The notes: generated from the sequence alone by a model not told the origin. A DNA stretch of 64,000 nt from Candidatus Bathyarchaeia archaeon (GCA_049513715.1 JBEKVV010000003.1:256001-320000); one strand, 5' to 3'. Shown: positions 50,862-59,643, numbered from the stretch's first letter. A program made the numbers and translations.

Positions 50862-50885
50862 GGCGGGTCCGGAGGGATTTGAACC
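50862..50885 (-). repeat. att direct repeat: exact 24-bp copy of tRNA-Lys 3' exon
   Basis: ggcgggtccggagggatttgaacc identical to 59620-59643. Confidence 0.93.
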
Positions 50886-51310
50886 TGTTTGGGTCTAAAT
50901 CCTGCTGAAAGTAGTTTCTTGCGAACGCGGCTACGTCAACCGGAATATTCCGAGATTGTGTCCTCTATACACATGTGCGTCAGTACGTTAGGTCCGGAAT
51001 GCCTCATAACGCCGTTTCAATCCTTATGCCGGAAGCAACGGTCCAACTCTGATGAGCTTGTCGCCTCAAAAACAATGGATCGCCATGATGCTTTGGGCAC
51101 AATCAACCTGAATCAGGTTGGGTGCTCAGACAGCTTTCATTTCCGAGTGTACACACATTGGAGTCCAGGCAAGATGATTGTGACAACGCTTCGAAAAGTT
51201 ATGAGAAATCAATTCGCTCGATGGTTCTAGCTGACCCTATTCCTTGACTTTCAGAGCGGAGGCTTTCGACCCTGATTTGTCAGAGCATACGAGCGCTAAG
51301 CGAGACTTAC

Positions 51311-52150
51311 CTACGATAGTTTGCTTTTCAGCGAGGCGACGAATTCGTCGGGCGTCAACGCGATCGGCATTTGAAGCCCCTGTTTTCTCAAGTCGCATGA
51401 TAATCTGGTCGCAAGTGGGGGTCTCATGCGAACCCGTTCCATCAGCTCCTCGTCGCTGAATAGGTCTCGGGTTGGAAGGTCCCTGAGAATCTGCCCGTGA
51501 TCCACCAGAATAACCCGATTCGCATATTCAGCGACCAATTTCATGTCGTGAGTAATCATTATGACAGTTAAACCAGTTCGATTCAGGTCGGCGATAAGGC
51601 CAGTCAGATACCTCGAATTCCCGTAGTCCTGGCCTGTTGTCGGCTCATCCAGAAGCAGAACGCTAGGCCGCGAGACCAAAACAGTAGCCGCAGCCAATCT
51701 ACGTCTTTGGCCTCGACTGAGCGCTTGGGGATGTACGTCCTTATACATGGCCAAGTGAACGGTCTCCAAAGCCTCTGTGGCAATTGCGTTCACCTTCTCC
51801 TCAGAAACCCCCATGTTTCTGGGACCGAAAGCCACCTCATTCCAGACACTTCGCGTGAACAACTGATGATCGGGATTCTGTAGCACAAAACCAATCCTTG
51901 ACCCAATCTCACTCAACTTGGCTTCCCGCGTGTCTACTCCATCGACGAGAATTCTTCCTCTAGCAGGTTTGTACAACCCAACGATCAGAGACGCAAGAGT
52001 GCTCTTTCCAGAACCATTTTGCCCAATTAGCCCGACAAATTCCCCGCGCTTGATTTCAGCGTCGGCGCTTCGGATTGAGTACTCCTCGTTTCCCGGGTAC
52101 CTGTACCACACGTCCTCCATCTTGACAACAACGTCAGTCACTTTGGCCAC
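51311..52150 (-). CDS. ECF ATPase
   Basis: GQNGSGKS, QNPDHQ, LSRGQ, DEPTTGQD. Confidence 0.92.
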   Translation of the reverse strand: MAKVTDVVVKMEDVWYRYPGNEEYSIRSADAEIKRGEFVGLIGQNGSGKSTLASLIVGLYKPARGRILVDGVDTREAKLSEIGSRIGFVLQNPDHQLFTRSVWNEVAFGPRNMGVSEEKVNAIATEALETVHLAMYKDVHPQALSRGQRRRLAAATVLVSRPSVLLLDEPTTGQDYGNSRYLTGLIADLNRTGLTVIMITHDMKLVAEYANRVILVDHGQILRDLPTRDLFSDEELMERVRMRPPLATRLSCDLRKQGLQMPIALTPDEFVASLKSKLS

Positions 52151-53054
52151 TCACCTTGAGTTTAGGATCAGGTTGTCGTCGCACTAGACCCTGAACAAGC
52201 GTTCTGATTTCATCAAATGTGATGGCCGAGACTGGTTCTTCATTTCGGCCGCGAAGTGAGGTCAGTGATTTTGATATGAGCGCGGCTTCTGGGATTTCAA
52301 TTCCAATCGAGCTTAGATAATCCGTGTGGTCCCTCAGAAGCTCCCGTGGTGGCTTGTCGAGAACAATCTGGCCTTCGTGCATGACGACGACCCTGTCAGG
52401 CATAAGAATGTCCATGATCCGCTCCAAACGGTGTTCAATGAGAAGTATGGTCATCTTCTTCTCATGGCGCAGTCTCTGAATCGTGGAAAGAACTTCGCTA
52501 GTGCCAGCCAAGTCCAAGTCTGAAGTTGGCTCGTCCAGTATCAATATACTCGGTGCAACCGCCAGGTTCGACGCGATTGCCACTCTCTGCTTCTGGCCAC
52601 CAGAAAGTGCGAAGACGAAACGCTCACTGAGGTCACTGATTTCTATATTTGTCAATATCTTGCCGACTCGTTCCCTCATATCCTCCTTGGGAACCCCTCG
52701 GTTCTCAAGCCCGAAGGCCACCTCATCTACTACCCTGAGGCAGAACAGTTGATTGTCGGGATTCTGGAAAACCAGCCCTGCGTGTTCCGACAGCTTTGCA
52801 ACCGAATTCTCCCTCGTGTCATAACCGTTCAAAAGAACCCGGCCTTTCATCTCGCCTGAAATGTTGTGCGGAATCAAACCGAGCAGGGCCAAGGCCAGCG
52901 TTGACTTCCCGCAGCCGCTCGGTCCCACCATCACAACAAACTCCCCTTCCGTCACGGTGAGATTTACGTTCTTGAGGATGCTCGGCGGAGTGTCGCCTTC
53001 TTTCAGCGGCGGATACGAGAAAGAAAGGTCTTGCACAACTACAGACATAAACAA
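52134..53054 (-). CDS. ECF ATPase
   Basis: GPSGCGKS, QNPDNQ, LSGGQKQR. Confidence 0.92.
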   Translation of the reverse strand: MFMSVVVQDLSFSYPPLKEGDTPPSILKNVNLTVTEGEFVVMVGPSGCGKSTLALALLGLIPHNISGEMKGRVLLNGYDTRENSVAKLSEHAGLVFQNPDNQLFCLRVVDEVAFGLENRGVPKEDMRERVGKILTNIEISDLSERFVFALSGGQKQRVAIASNLAVAPSILILDEPTSDLDLAGTSEVLSTIQRLRHEKKMTILLIEHRLERIMDILMPDRVVVMHEGQIVLDKPPRELLRDHTDYLSSIGIEIPEAALISKSLTSLRGRNEEPVSAITFDEIRTLVQGLVRRQPDPKLKVSGQSD

Positions 53055-53184
53055 CTCCCTCCTTTCCGTTCAAAGTCAGCGCCGTGTATTTCCATAATCT
53101 ACAGCACTTCAGCTTCCATCAATCGATCTTATGCTGCTCATCGCTAGAGTAGCTTTCTGATGAGCACAGCCTCCATGGATTTGG

Positions 53185-54015
53185 CTACGAAGGGGTATGA
53201 TACGTGAACCCGACGCCTGCGAGAAAGCCGTAGGAGAACCTGAGGTACGTTAATGCCGCAGCTGTGACCAGGATGGCTCCGACTATGATCCAGTCGGTTC
53301 TCTTCATCGAAAGGTCTCTGAAAGCAGTTCTTTTGGTTGTGCCGAATGCCTTTATCTGAATCGCGTTCCCCATTTCTGTGGACCTTCGCAGTGCGCCTAT
53401 CATCAATGGTTCCAGTATGAGTTTCATCTTGTACAGGTTGCGAGCAAACCGTCCACTCTTGTGGCCCCTGAGGTCTATGGCGTTGCTGATGTTGATATAT
53501 TCCTCCAAGAACAAAGGCACGAGCCTAACGGTAACCGTAACCCCAAACGCTAGGACCGAAGGGAGGCCGATCTTGGACAGGCTGAGCAGCATTTCACTCG
53601 GGTCAGTTGTTGAAACCAAGACGACCGAGATAAGGAACGCCAAAGTTGTCTTGAACGAAATGACCAACCCCCACAACACTCCCTCCAAGTAGACCGGCAA
53701 ACCGAATATCGTGCCCAGCAGGACCGTGTTTGGAGGACCACCACCAGTCCTTAATCCAAACGTACCCAACACCGTGAGTCCCAAAATCGTTGAGAAACAA
53801 AACCCAGCCATGTACCATCGAGTGATTTTCGGCACGCGGGCTAGAACGATGAGGATTATCGCGAAAATGTGCAGTGCCACGTAGACCCTGATATCATTAA
53901 CAAGAACAAATGCGATGTACATTATGGAAGCTATCAGCAGTATCTTGACTCTAGGGTCCAAAGCATGCAGAAAGGTCTTCTTGTCGAGGCTCCAAAAGGT
54001 CAGTGGGGACGCCAT
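53185..54015 (-). CDS. ECF T component
   Basis: LHALDPRVK, AIDLRG, AIQIKAF. Confidence 0.9.
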   Translation of the reverse strand: MASPLTFWSLDKKTFLHALDPRVKILLIASIMYIAFVLVNDIRVYVALHIFAIILIVLARVPKITRWYMAGFCFSTILGLTVLGTFGLRTGGGPPNTVLLGTIFGLPVYLEGVLWGLVISFKTTLAFLISVVLVSTTDPSEMLLSLSKIGLPSVLAFGVTVTVRLVPLFLEEYINISNAIDLRGHKSGRFARNLYKMKLILEPLMIGALRRSTEMGNAIQIKAFGTTKRTAFRDLSMKRTDWIIVGAILVTAAALTYLRFSYGFLAGVGFTYHTPS

Positions 54016-54125
54016 TCAACTTACCACATACTCATGAATACCCGTCCCACTCACCGCCCTTGATTGGTGGGACCACAGGCGGACGCCGCCCTACGTAGGT
54101 GGACATCCGCTTGGGCAGCTACGAC

Positions 54126-54707
54126 TCACTTGCCTATCAGTGGTTTGATTGCTTTTCCAGTTCGGAAACCCAGCAGACCCATCACCGGTCCAGCGATGAC
54201 GAACCCCGCTCCCGCAATCGCTAGGACATCTGCCGGAAGTACAGTGGCGAAAAATACTGGCATAATGATGCCGAATCCTATCGCGAAAGCAGCAATTCCG
54301 TCAACCAGACCTCCAATGATAACGCTCCACCAGTTGTCCATGTAGTGGCCGGAAGAGAACCAAACAGCGATTATCGCGATTTCCGCTATGACTCCCTGGC
54401 CTATGTTCTGCATAGCCCAGATTGGGCTACCGCCGAAGAACAGCAGATTGACCAGCAGCTGGATGAGTGTGAAAATGATCACGGTGAAAGGCTTCCGAAC
54501 GATCGCGGCGGTCACACAGAACAGGAAACTGAACTGCATTATGAACCACCACTCACCAATCGGCGTAGGAAGCGGCAGCATAATTCCAATCATGTTGATT
54601 ACCCTGCTTATGGCAGCAATAACAGCGATAACAATTATGTCTGGTATCGATAACTGCCAGAGCTTCCTCGAACCTCTCTGCGTTTGCATCATAGAACGTC
54701 GAGCCAT
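54126..54707 (-). CDS. ECF S component (YkoE-like, substrate unknown)
   Basis: Multi-TM, DIIVIAVIAA, IVRKPF, QGVIAE; first gene of ECF operon. Confidence 0.75.
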   Translation of the reverse strand: MARRSMMQTQRGSRKLWQLSIPDIIVIAVIAAISRVINMIGIMLPLPTPIGEWWFIMQFSFLFCVTAAIVRKPFTVIIFTLIQLLVNLLFFGGSPIWAMQNIGQGVIAEIAIIAVWFSSGHYMDNWWSVIIGGLVDGIAAFAIGFGIIMPVFFATVLPADVLAIAGAGFVIAGPVMGLLGFRTGKAIKPLIGK

Positions 54708-54923
54708 AATCTGACTCTGTGCTGGCTTTTAGATTATCGTATATTCACAGAAGAATAATCAGACATGTATATTCAGACACAAGTTTGTATATACCCCAAG
54801 GCTCAATGCGTCAGAAATACGCATAGAAAACGGGAAGATGTACGAACAGGGGGTATCTAAATGAAACTGTGGACAAAGATTTTTACCTAAGTTTGAACGC
54901 ATTGTTGCCGGAGCCTGTCAAAC

Positions 54924-55391
54924 GTGTTACAGAAAATGGAATTAGAGTGGCCGGAAATCAAAAACAAAGTCACCGCGTCGCTACTCAAGGAAGAAGAACC
55001 CGAGCTATGCGAGGCTCTCTGGAGGAAGATCGAGACTCCTGCGAAACTATTCTGCCGGCACACCTTATCGACTGGTTATGTGTTCATGGGTGAACAGCGT
55101 CCCCCGAGACATCCTGTCCAAGCTGGCACACAGGCCGTGCCTTTGGGCAGGAAGGAATGGTTGCCATCTAGGATTGAGCCTGGGAGCGTAATCTATTCCG
55201 GTGTCGGAGGATACGGCGGAATTACCGTCTACTACGGCCCGTCCACTACGCCTCTGCGAGAATCAGGCTCGCCGGTCGCGAAAGTCGATAGGAATCAGTT
55301 GGACGATCTGGTGAGAGGCGGGGAGTACGTTTTCAATGCTCAGTACATGACGCATCGGCCGTCAATTATGATTGTTAGAAGGGTGAAATAG
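54924..55391 (+). CDS. McbB/cucumopine synthase-like N-terminal (cyclophilin-like) domain as separate protein
   Basis: ELEWPE..VTASL...PELCEALW, HTLSTG, YYGP, PVAKV, IVRR align to recalled McbB N-half. Confidence 0.78.
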   Translation: MLQKMELEWPEIKNKVTASLLKEEEPELCEALWRKIETPAKLFCRHTLSTGYVFMGEQRPPRHPVQAGTQAVPLGRKEWLPSRIEPGSVIYSGVGGYGGITVYYGPSTTPLRESGSPVAKVDRNQLDDLVRGGEYVFNAQYMTHRPSIMIVRRVK

Positions 55392-55392
55392 G

Positions 55393-55980
55393 ATGGCAAA
55401 AGATTGGCACGAGGTCAAGGATCAACTCGAAGCTGAGTTGGATAGGATTTGGTGGGACGAACCAGAAGAGGTTACGATGTCCAAACTGGGTATCTTCCCC
55501 AGTGGAGCGGGCGTCTACAACCAAGTGTTGGGGAACCTCTTCTTCCAACTCACCGAGACGCAAGCAATGGGCTGGGCGACTGCGGAACCCATTGTGAAGC
55601 AGCTAATTGCGAATCCGACATTCACGCTGGAGCAGTGCGAGATTGTGTGGAAGTACCTTACTGTCAATATGACTAAGCTCCTTGGAGGTATGGACCCGCC
55701 GAGGTGTCCTGCTCCTTGGCTCAACCTTCCAAAGCTGCTGCAGTTTTCAAATGACATTGTCAATTCCTTCGAGACCGTCAAAACCAAGGAAGAGTTGTCC
55801 GATCTCTTGTGGAGCTGGTTCAACTACGTGAACTGTGTAAATCGCTGGTTCGCGTTGGCGTTTCCGTGGCACCTAGGAAAAATGTTGCCGCAGGTGACGC
55901 CCAAGGACGTCGAACAACTGGCCAGATTATCGGGGATGAAGGTTCAGAAGGAGGCGCTACAAGTTGTGGAACAAAGCTAG
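55393..55980 (+). CDS. Cucumopine synthase/McbB C-terminal helical domain as separate protein
   Basis: ELDRIWWDEPEE...G..PSGAGVYNQ and YVNCVNRW...FPWHLG align to recalled McbB C-half. Confidence 0.82.
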   Translation: MAKDWHEVKDQLEAELDRIWWDEPEEVTMSKLGIFPSGAGVYNQVLGNLFFQLTETQAMGWATAEPIVKQLIANPTFTLEQCEIVWKYLTVNMTKLLGGMDPPRCPAPWLNLPKLLQFSNDIVNSFETVKTKEELSDLLWSWFNYVNCVNRWFALAFPWHLGKMLPQVTPKDVEQLARLSGMKVQKEALQVVEQS

Positions 55981-57085
55981 AGGATCCATCAAGCTCCTAA
56001 TGACGCCTGGGCCCCTCGAGGTTTCTCCGCGGGTCCTTGAAGCAATGTCGAGGCCCCAAAGTTACTCATACTACAAGAACTTTCTCGACTTATTCGCGGA
56101 AACGACGGAGAAGATGAAGAAGATCTTTCAAACGAAGAATGACGTGCTCTTAATGCAAGGAGAGGGAGTCCTTGGCCTGGAGGCCGCAGTCGCCAACACC
56201 ATTGACCCAGGCGACAAGGTACTCGTTTTGGACTCCGGACCTTTCGGCAAATGGTTTGGAGAGTACGTTGTGAACTTCGGAGGACAAGTCTCTGAGATGT
56301 CAGTGCAATACAACGACGCGATTGACCCCGGCCGGCTCAAAGAGAAACTGGAGACGGAGAAGGACGTCAAAGCAATGACAGTTGTCCACTGTGAAACACC
56401 CGCCGGCATCATGAACCCAATTCGAGAACTCTGCCCGCTCGCGAAAAAGAAAGGAATCCTAACAATAGTTGACGCCGTCGCATCAGTTGGTGGCGTAGAT
56501 GTGAGGCCAGACGAGTGGGGAATCGACATTTGCATTACTGGTTCCCAGAAGGCTATTTCCTCAACACCTGGTCTGACCATGGTATCAATGAGCCCCGAAG
56601 CATGGGAAGCCGTGGACAAGAAGAAGAAACCCATCAAGAACTCCTACCTGAGCCTAACTGATTGGAGAGATGCGTGGATAAAGCACGGGCATTTTCCTTA
56701 CACGCCCTTCATCTCTGAAATCTGTGGGCTTGCAGAAGCCGAAGATGAACTGTTGGAGGAGGGACTCCAGAACTCATTTGCAAGGCATCATGCAGCTGCG
56801 GAAGCGTGCAGAAAAGGCGTGGATAGGCTTGGGATGAAGCTTTGGCCGAGAAGACGGGAAATCTGCGCGGACACAGTAACTGCCATTCAGATCCCTGACG
56901 GTTACACTGACATGGGCATCATCAATACTATGGTCGAGAAATACGGGGTTCTCATCAGCGGCGGACCAGGATTAGAGAAACCATTGCTAAGAATCGGCCA
57001 CATGGGATATGCAGCGACAGTCATGAATGTCACCACAACAATGTGGGCTCTAGAACAAACTCTGAAGGAACTCAAGAAAAACTAG
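55964..57085 (+). CDS. Class V aminotransferase, pyridoxamine-pyruvate aminotransferase-like
   Basis: QGEGVLGLEAA, YNDAIDP, GSQK, DWRDAW..FPYTP.ISEI. Confidence 0.8.
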   Translation: MWNKARGSIKLLMTPGPLEVSPRVLEAMSRPQSYSYYKNFLDLFAETTEKMKKIFQTKNDVLLMQGEGVLGLEAAVANTIDPGDKVLVLDSGPFGKWFGEYVVNFGGQVSEMSVQYNDAIDPGRLKEKLETEKDVKAMTVVHCETPAGIMNPIRELCPLAKKKGILTIVDAVASVGGVDVRPDEWGIDICITGSQKAISSTPGLTMVSMSPEAWEAVDKKKKPIKNSYLSLTDWRDAWIKHGHFPYTPFISEICGLAEAEDELLEEGLQNSFARHHAAAEACRKGVDRLGMKLWPRRREICADTVTAIQIPDGYTDMGIINTMVEKYGVLISGGPGLEKPLLRIGHMGYAATVMNVTTTMWALEQTLKELKKN

Positions 57086-57256
57086 CCACTTGGAACCATC
57101 AACAAAGAGCCAGCAACGTTACGGAGTCTCTGCGCCACGAATTCCCACTACCAATCTGCGTCGATGAAGCCGTGAAGGGGGCTTCGGCCTTTCGGCAAGC
57201 ACGATGTGGAAGTTCGACCGGCGGAGCGGAGGAAAGTCCAAATCCGCTCATTTCCA

Positions 57257-57263
57257 TATATAA
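57257..57263 (+). promoter_or_regulatory. TATA box of Lrp gene
   Basis: TATATAA ending 28 nt before TTG start (leaderless-type spacing). Confidence 0.6.
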
Positions 57264-57291
57264 TGCGCCTGCATAGTGGTTTTGACGCCTC

Positions 57292-57765
57292 TTGACTGGC
57301 AAAGATCGATTGGACAAGATCGACCGCAGCTTACTGAATAGTCTCCAACGAGACAATCGGATTCCGCTGGATCGTCTGGCTCGCAAACTCAGGATACCCA
57401 AATCCACGATTCACTATCGGATACGTCGCCTCGAAAAGGCGGGAATCATCAAAGGATACGGTGCCAGGCTCGACGCAGCCCAACTGGGACACGACTATCT
57501 TGGAATAGTCGCAGTTCGTGTAACATCTGGACCACAGGGTGCCGAACGAATCGGAAAGCGATTGGCTGAGGTTAACGGGGCATGGGCAGTTTACTATGTC
57601 TTGGGAGACATAGACTTCATAGTGGTAATCAGGGCACATGACCGGGATGACTACATGAGGAAGTTGAACGAAATCTTCAACGTTGGAGACATTGAACGAA
57701 CAACTACTCACATCGTCGCGCGAGTATTCAAAGACCCAATACTCGATCCAACAGTGCCCTTATAG
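57292..57765 (+). CDS. Lrp/AsnC transcriptional regulator
   Basis: LDKIDRSLL..LQ, STIHYRIRRLEKAGIIKGY, GDIDF. Confidence 0.93.
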   Translation: MTGKDRLDKIDRSLLNSLQRDNRIPLDRLARKLRIPKSTIHYRIRRLEKAGIIKGYGARLDAAQLGHDYLGIVAVRVTSGPQGAERIGKRLAEVNGAWAVYYVLGDIDFIVVIRAHDRDDYMRKLNEIFNVGDIERTTTHIVARVFKDPILDPTVPL

Positions 57766-58114
57766 CCTGTTAAGCGCCGACCCTCTTCAGGTAATTGCCA
57801 AAAACGAACCCCTGTAAATGAAGCATCTCCGATTCGCACCCAAGCACCACCGTTCGTCTATCATACAGCGCAGGAACCAAAGCCCTCCGTAGACACGAGA
57901 CAGTCCGGTTCTAATCATCGAGTTTTCATGATACAAACGGAACAAAGTACAATATAGCCAGGGGATTGTGCACCACCTTCCCACATTCCGCAGCATAAAT
58001 TGTACAACGTTCAACTGACGGAAAATACCTCATATATACTTCATATGCGGAAGATTTACAGTCTCTAGGGGTGCGAATGGAAAAAGAGTACCTATTGCCG
58101 ATGGAGCGAATGTT

Positions 58115-59464
58115 ATGAAAGGAGCAGTTACTACGGCACCGTTGGTAGGTAACGTCGCCACTGGGGTCACACAGATATCTCTGCCAGTTGAGGAATTGCC
58201 GCGCAAATGGTACAATATCATCCCAGACTTACCCAAGGCGTTGCCTCCGCCGAAAGAACCCGAAACCGGGCCCTCGCGGGCTGAGTTTCTGGGCAGAACA
58301 ATGATCCATGAATGCCTGCGGCAAGAAGCCTCCAATGATCGATGGATTCCGATTCCAGAAGGAGTCAGAGACCTCTTAATTCAAGCCGGGCGACCTCGAC
58401 CACTCTACAGGGCCCGAAGGCTTGAGAATAAGTTAGGGCTGAAGAAGGTGAGGCTCTACTACAAGCGTGAAGACCTTTCCCCGACTGGTTCTCACAAAGT
58501 CAACACGGCCTTGCCTCAAGCATACTACGCCGCTAAAGAAGGAAAGAGCGTTCTCGTAACGGAGACGGGGGCTGGGCAATGGGGGACCGCATTGTCCTAC
58601 GCCGCGTCACTGATGGGGCTGTCGACGGTCGTATTCTGGGTGAGGGCCGTTCACGATTGGAAGACAGGGAGACGCACTCTAATGAGACTGTACGGTGCGA
58701 AGGTCTATGCCTCACCGAGTGACCAGACATCTTTCGGAAAGAAGCTTCTCTCAAAGGACCCCAAACATCCCGGGTCGCTGGGAATAGCGGTCTCAGAGGG
58801 CCTTGAGTACACGGAAGGTTCGCCTGACCGAGTCTACTGCTTGGGTTCGGTTCTGAATCACGTTCTGATTCATCAATCCATCATCGGTCTTGAGGTCATC
58901 AAGCAATTCGAACAGGTGGATGACTCACCCGACCTTGTCGTTGGTTGCCTCGGTGGCGGCTCGAACTTTGGCGGCATCGCGCTGCCTTTCATGGGCGAAG
59001 TTCTTGCCAAGAAGAGAAAATGCGAATTCCTCGCCTCCCAGTCAGAGGCGGCGCCGAACCTTCTGAAGGGAGAGTACAGGTATGATTTCGGTGACACTGC
59101 TGGCCACACGCCCCTTATGATGATGTACACTCTAGGCCACGAGGCGGTGATGCAGCCTATTCGGTCGGATGGCTTGCGTTACCATGCGGCGGCTCCTATC
59201 ATCAGCGCGCTGAGGGCGCAGGGCCTGCTTCGGGCAGTTGCATACCCCGCCGACGAGGTCGCAGTCTTTACGGCGGCAAGACTGTTCCTTGAAAGTGAAG
59301 GTTGGCTCATCGCAGGAGAATCCGCACACGCCGTCAGAGCCGCAATCGATGAAGCTAAACGAGCTGAGTCAAAGGGCGAAGAGAAATGCATACTGATCAA
59401 CATCAGCGGACACGGCTTCCTTGATATCGACGCATACAGCTCTGTACTGCATCTGGACGGCTAA
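58115..59464 (+). CDS. trpB2: Second, divergent TrpB2
   Basis: GSHKVNTA, ETGAGQWG, GSVLNHV, GGGSNF, DGLRYH. Confidence 0.92.
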   Translation: MKGAVTTAPLVGNVATGVTQISLPVEELPRKWYNIIPDLPKALPPPKEPETGPSRAEFLGRTMIHECLRQEASNDRWIPIPEGVRDLLIQAGRPRPLYRARRLENKLGLKKVRLYYKREDLSPTGSHKVNTALPQAYYAAKEGKSVLVTETGAGQWGTALSYAASLMGLSTVVFWVRAVHDWKTGRRTLMRLYGAKVYASPSDQTSFGKKLLSKDPKHPGSLGIAVSEGLEYTEGSPDRVYCLGSVLNHVLIHQSIIGLEVIKQFEQVDDSPDLVVGCLGGGSNFGGIALPFMGEVLAKKRKCEFLASQSEAAPNLLKGEYRYDFGDTAGHTPLMMMYTLGHEAVMQPIRSDGLRYHAAAPIISALRAQGLLRAVAYPADEVAVFTAARLFLESEGWLIAGESAHAVRAAIDEAKRAESKGEEKCILINISGHGFLDIDAYSSVLHLDG

Positions 59465-59490
59465 GTACGGCGGTCCATCCGGAGACTGTT

Positions 59491-59643
59491 CTACAGGGCC
59501 GAGATGCTGCGTCCCATTTCCTTCATGTACTTTTCATGTTCTTCTACGATTTTGCCGAATCTGTCGTCATCGTAAGACCATCGATGCGCGAGAATAGAAG
59601 GATTCAAACCTAATTTGATGGCGGGTCCGGAGGGATTTGAACC
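59491..59643 (-). pseudogene. Putative integrase relic reading out of the att site
   Basis: GSNPSGPAIKLGLNP...KIVEEHEKYMKEMGRSISAL*, resembling the first helices of a tyrosine-recombinase core-binding domain. Confidence 0.45.

Larger units (their letters stand above)
50862..59643. mobile_element. tRNA-Lys-integrated genomic island (~8.8 kb), no intact integrase
   Basis: 24-bp direct repeats, tRNA target, integrase-like relic, duplicate trpB2 and ECF cargo. Confidence 0.85.

Noticed and set aside
51047..51073. CTGATGAG...CTCAAAA, hammerhead-like
   Set aside because: Lacks the GAAA core and stems I/III
50889..51230. 113-aa ORF at island left end as integrase fragment
   Set aside because: No recombinase motifs; the shared GLNP is explained by the att inverted repeat
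57222..57250. GAGGAAAGTCC inside a GAGCGGA/TCCGCTC hairpin
   Set aside because: No room for an RNase P RNA before the Lrp gene; at most a local hairpin
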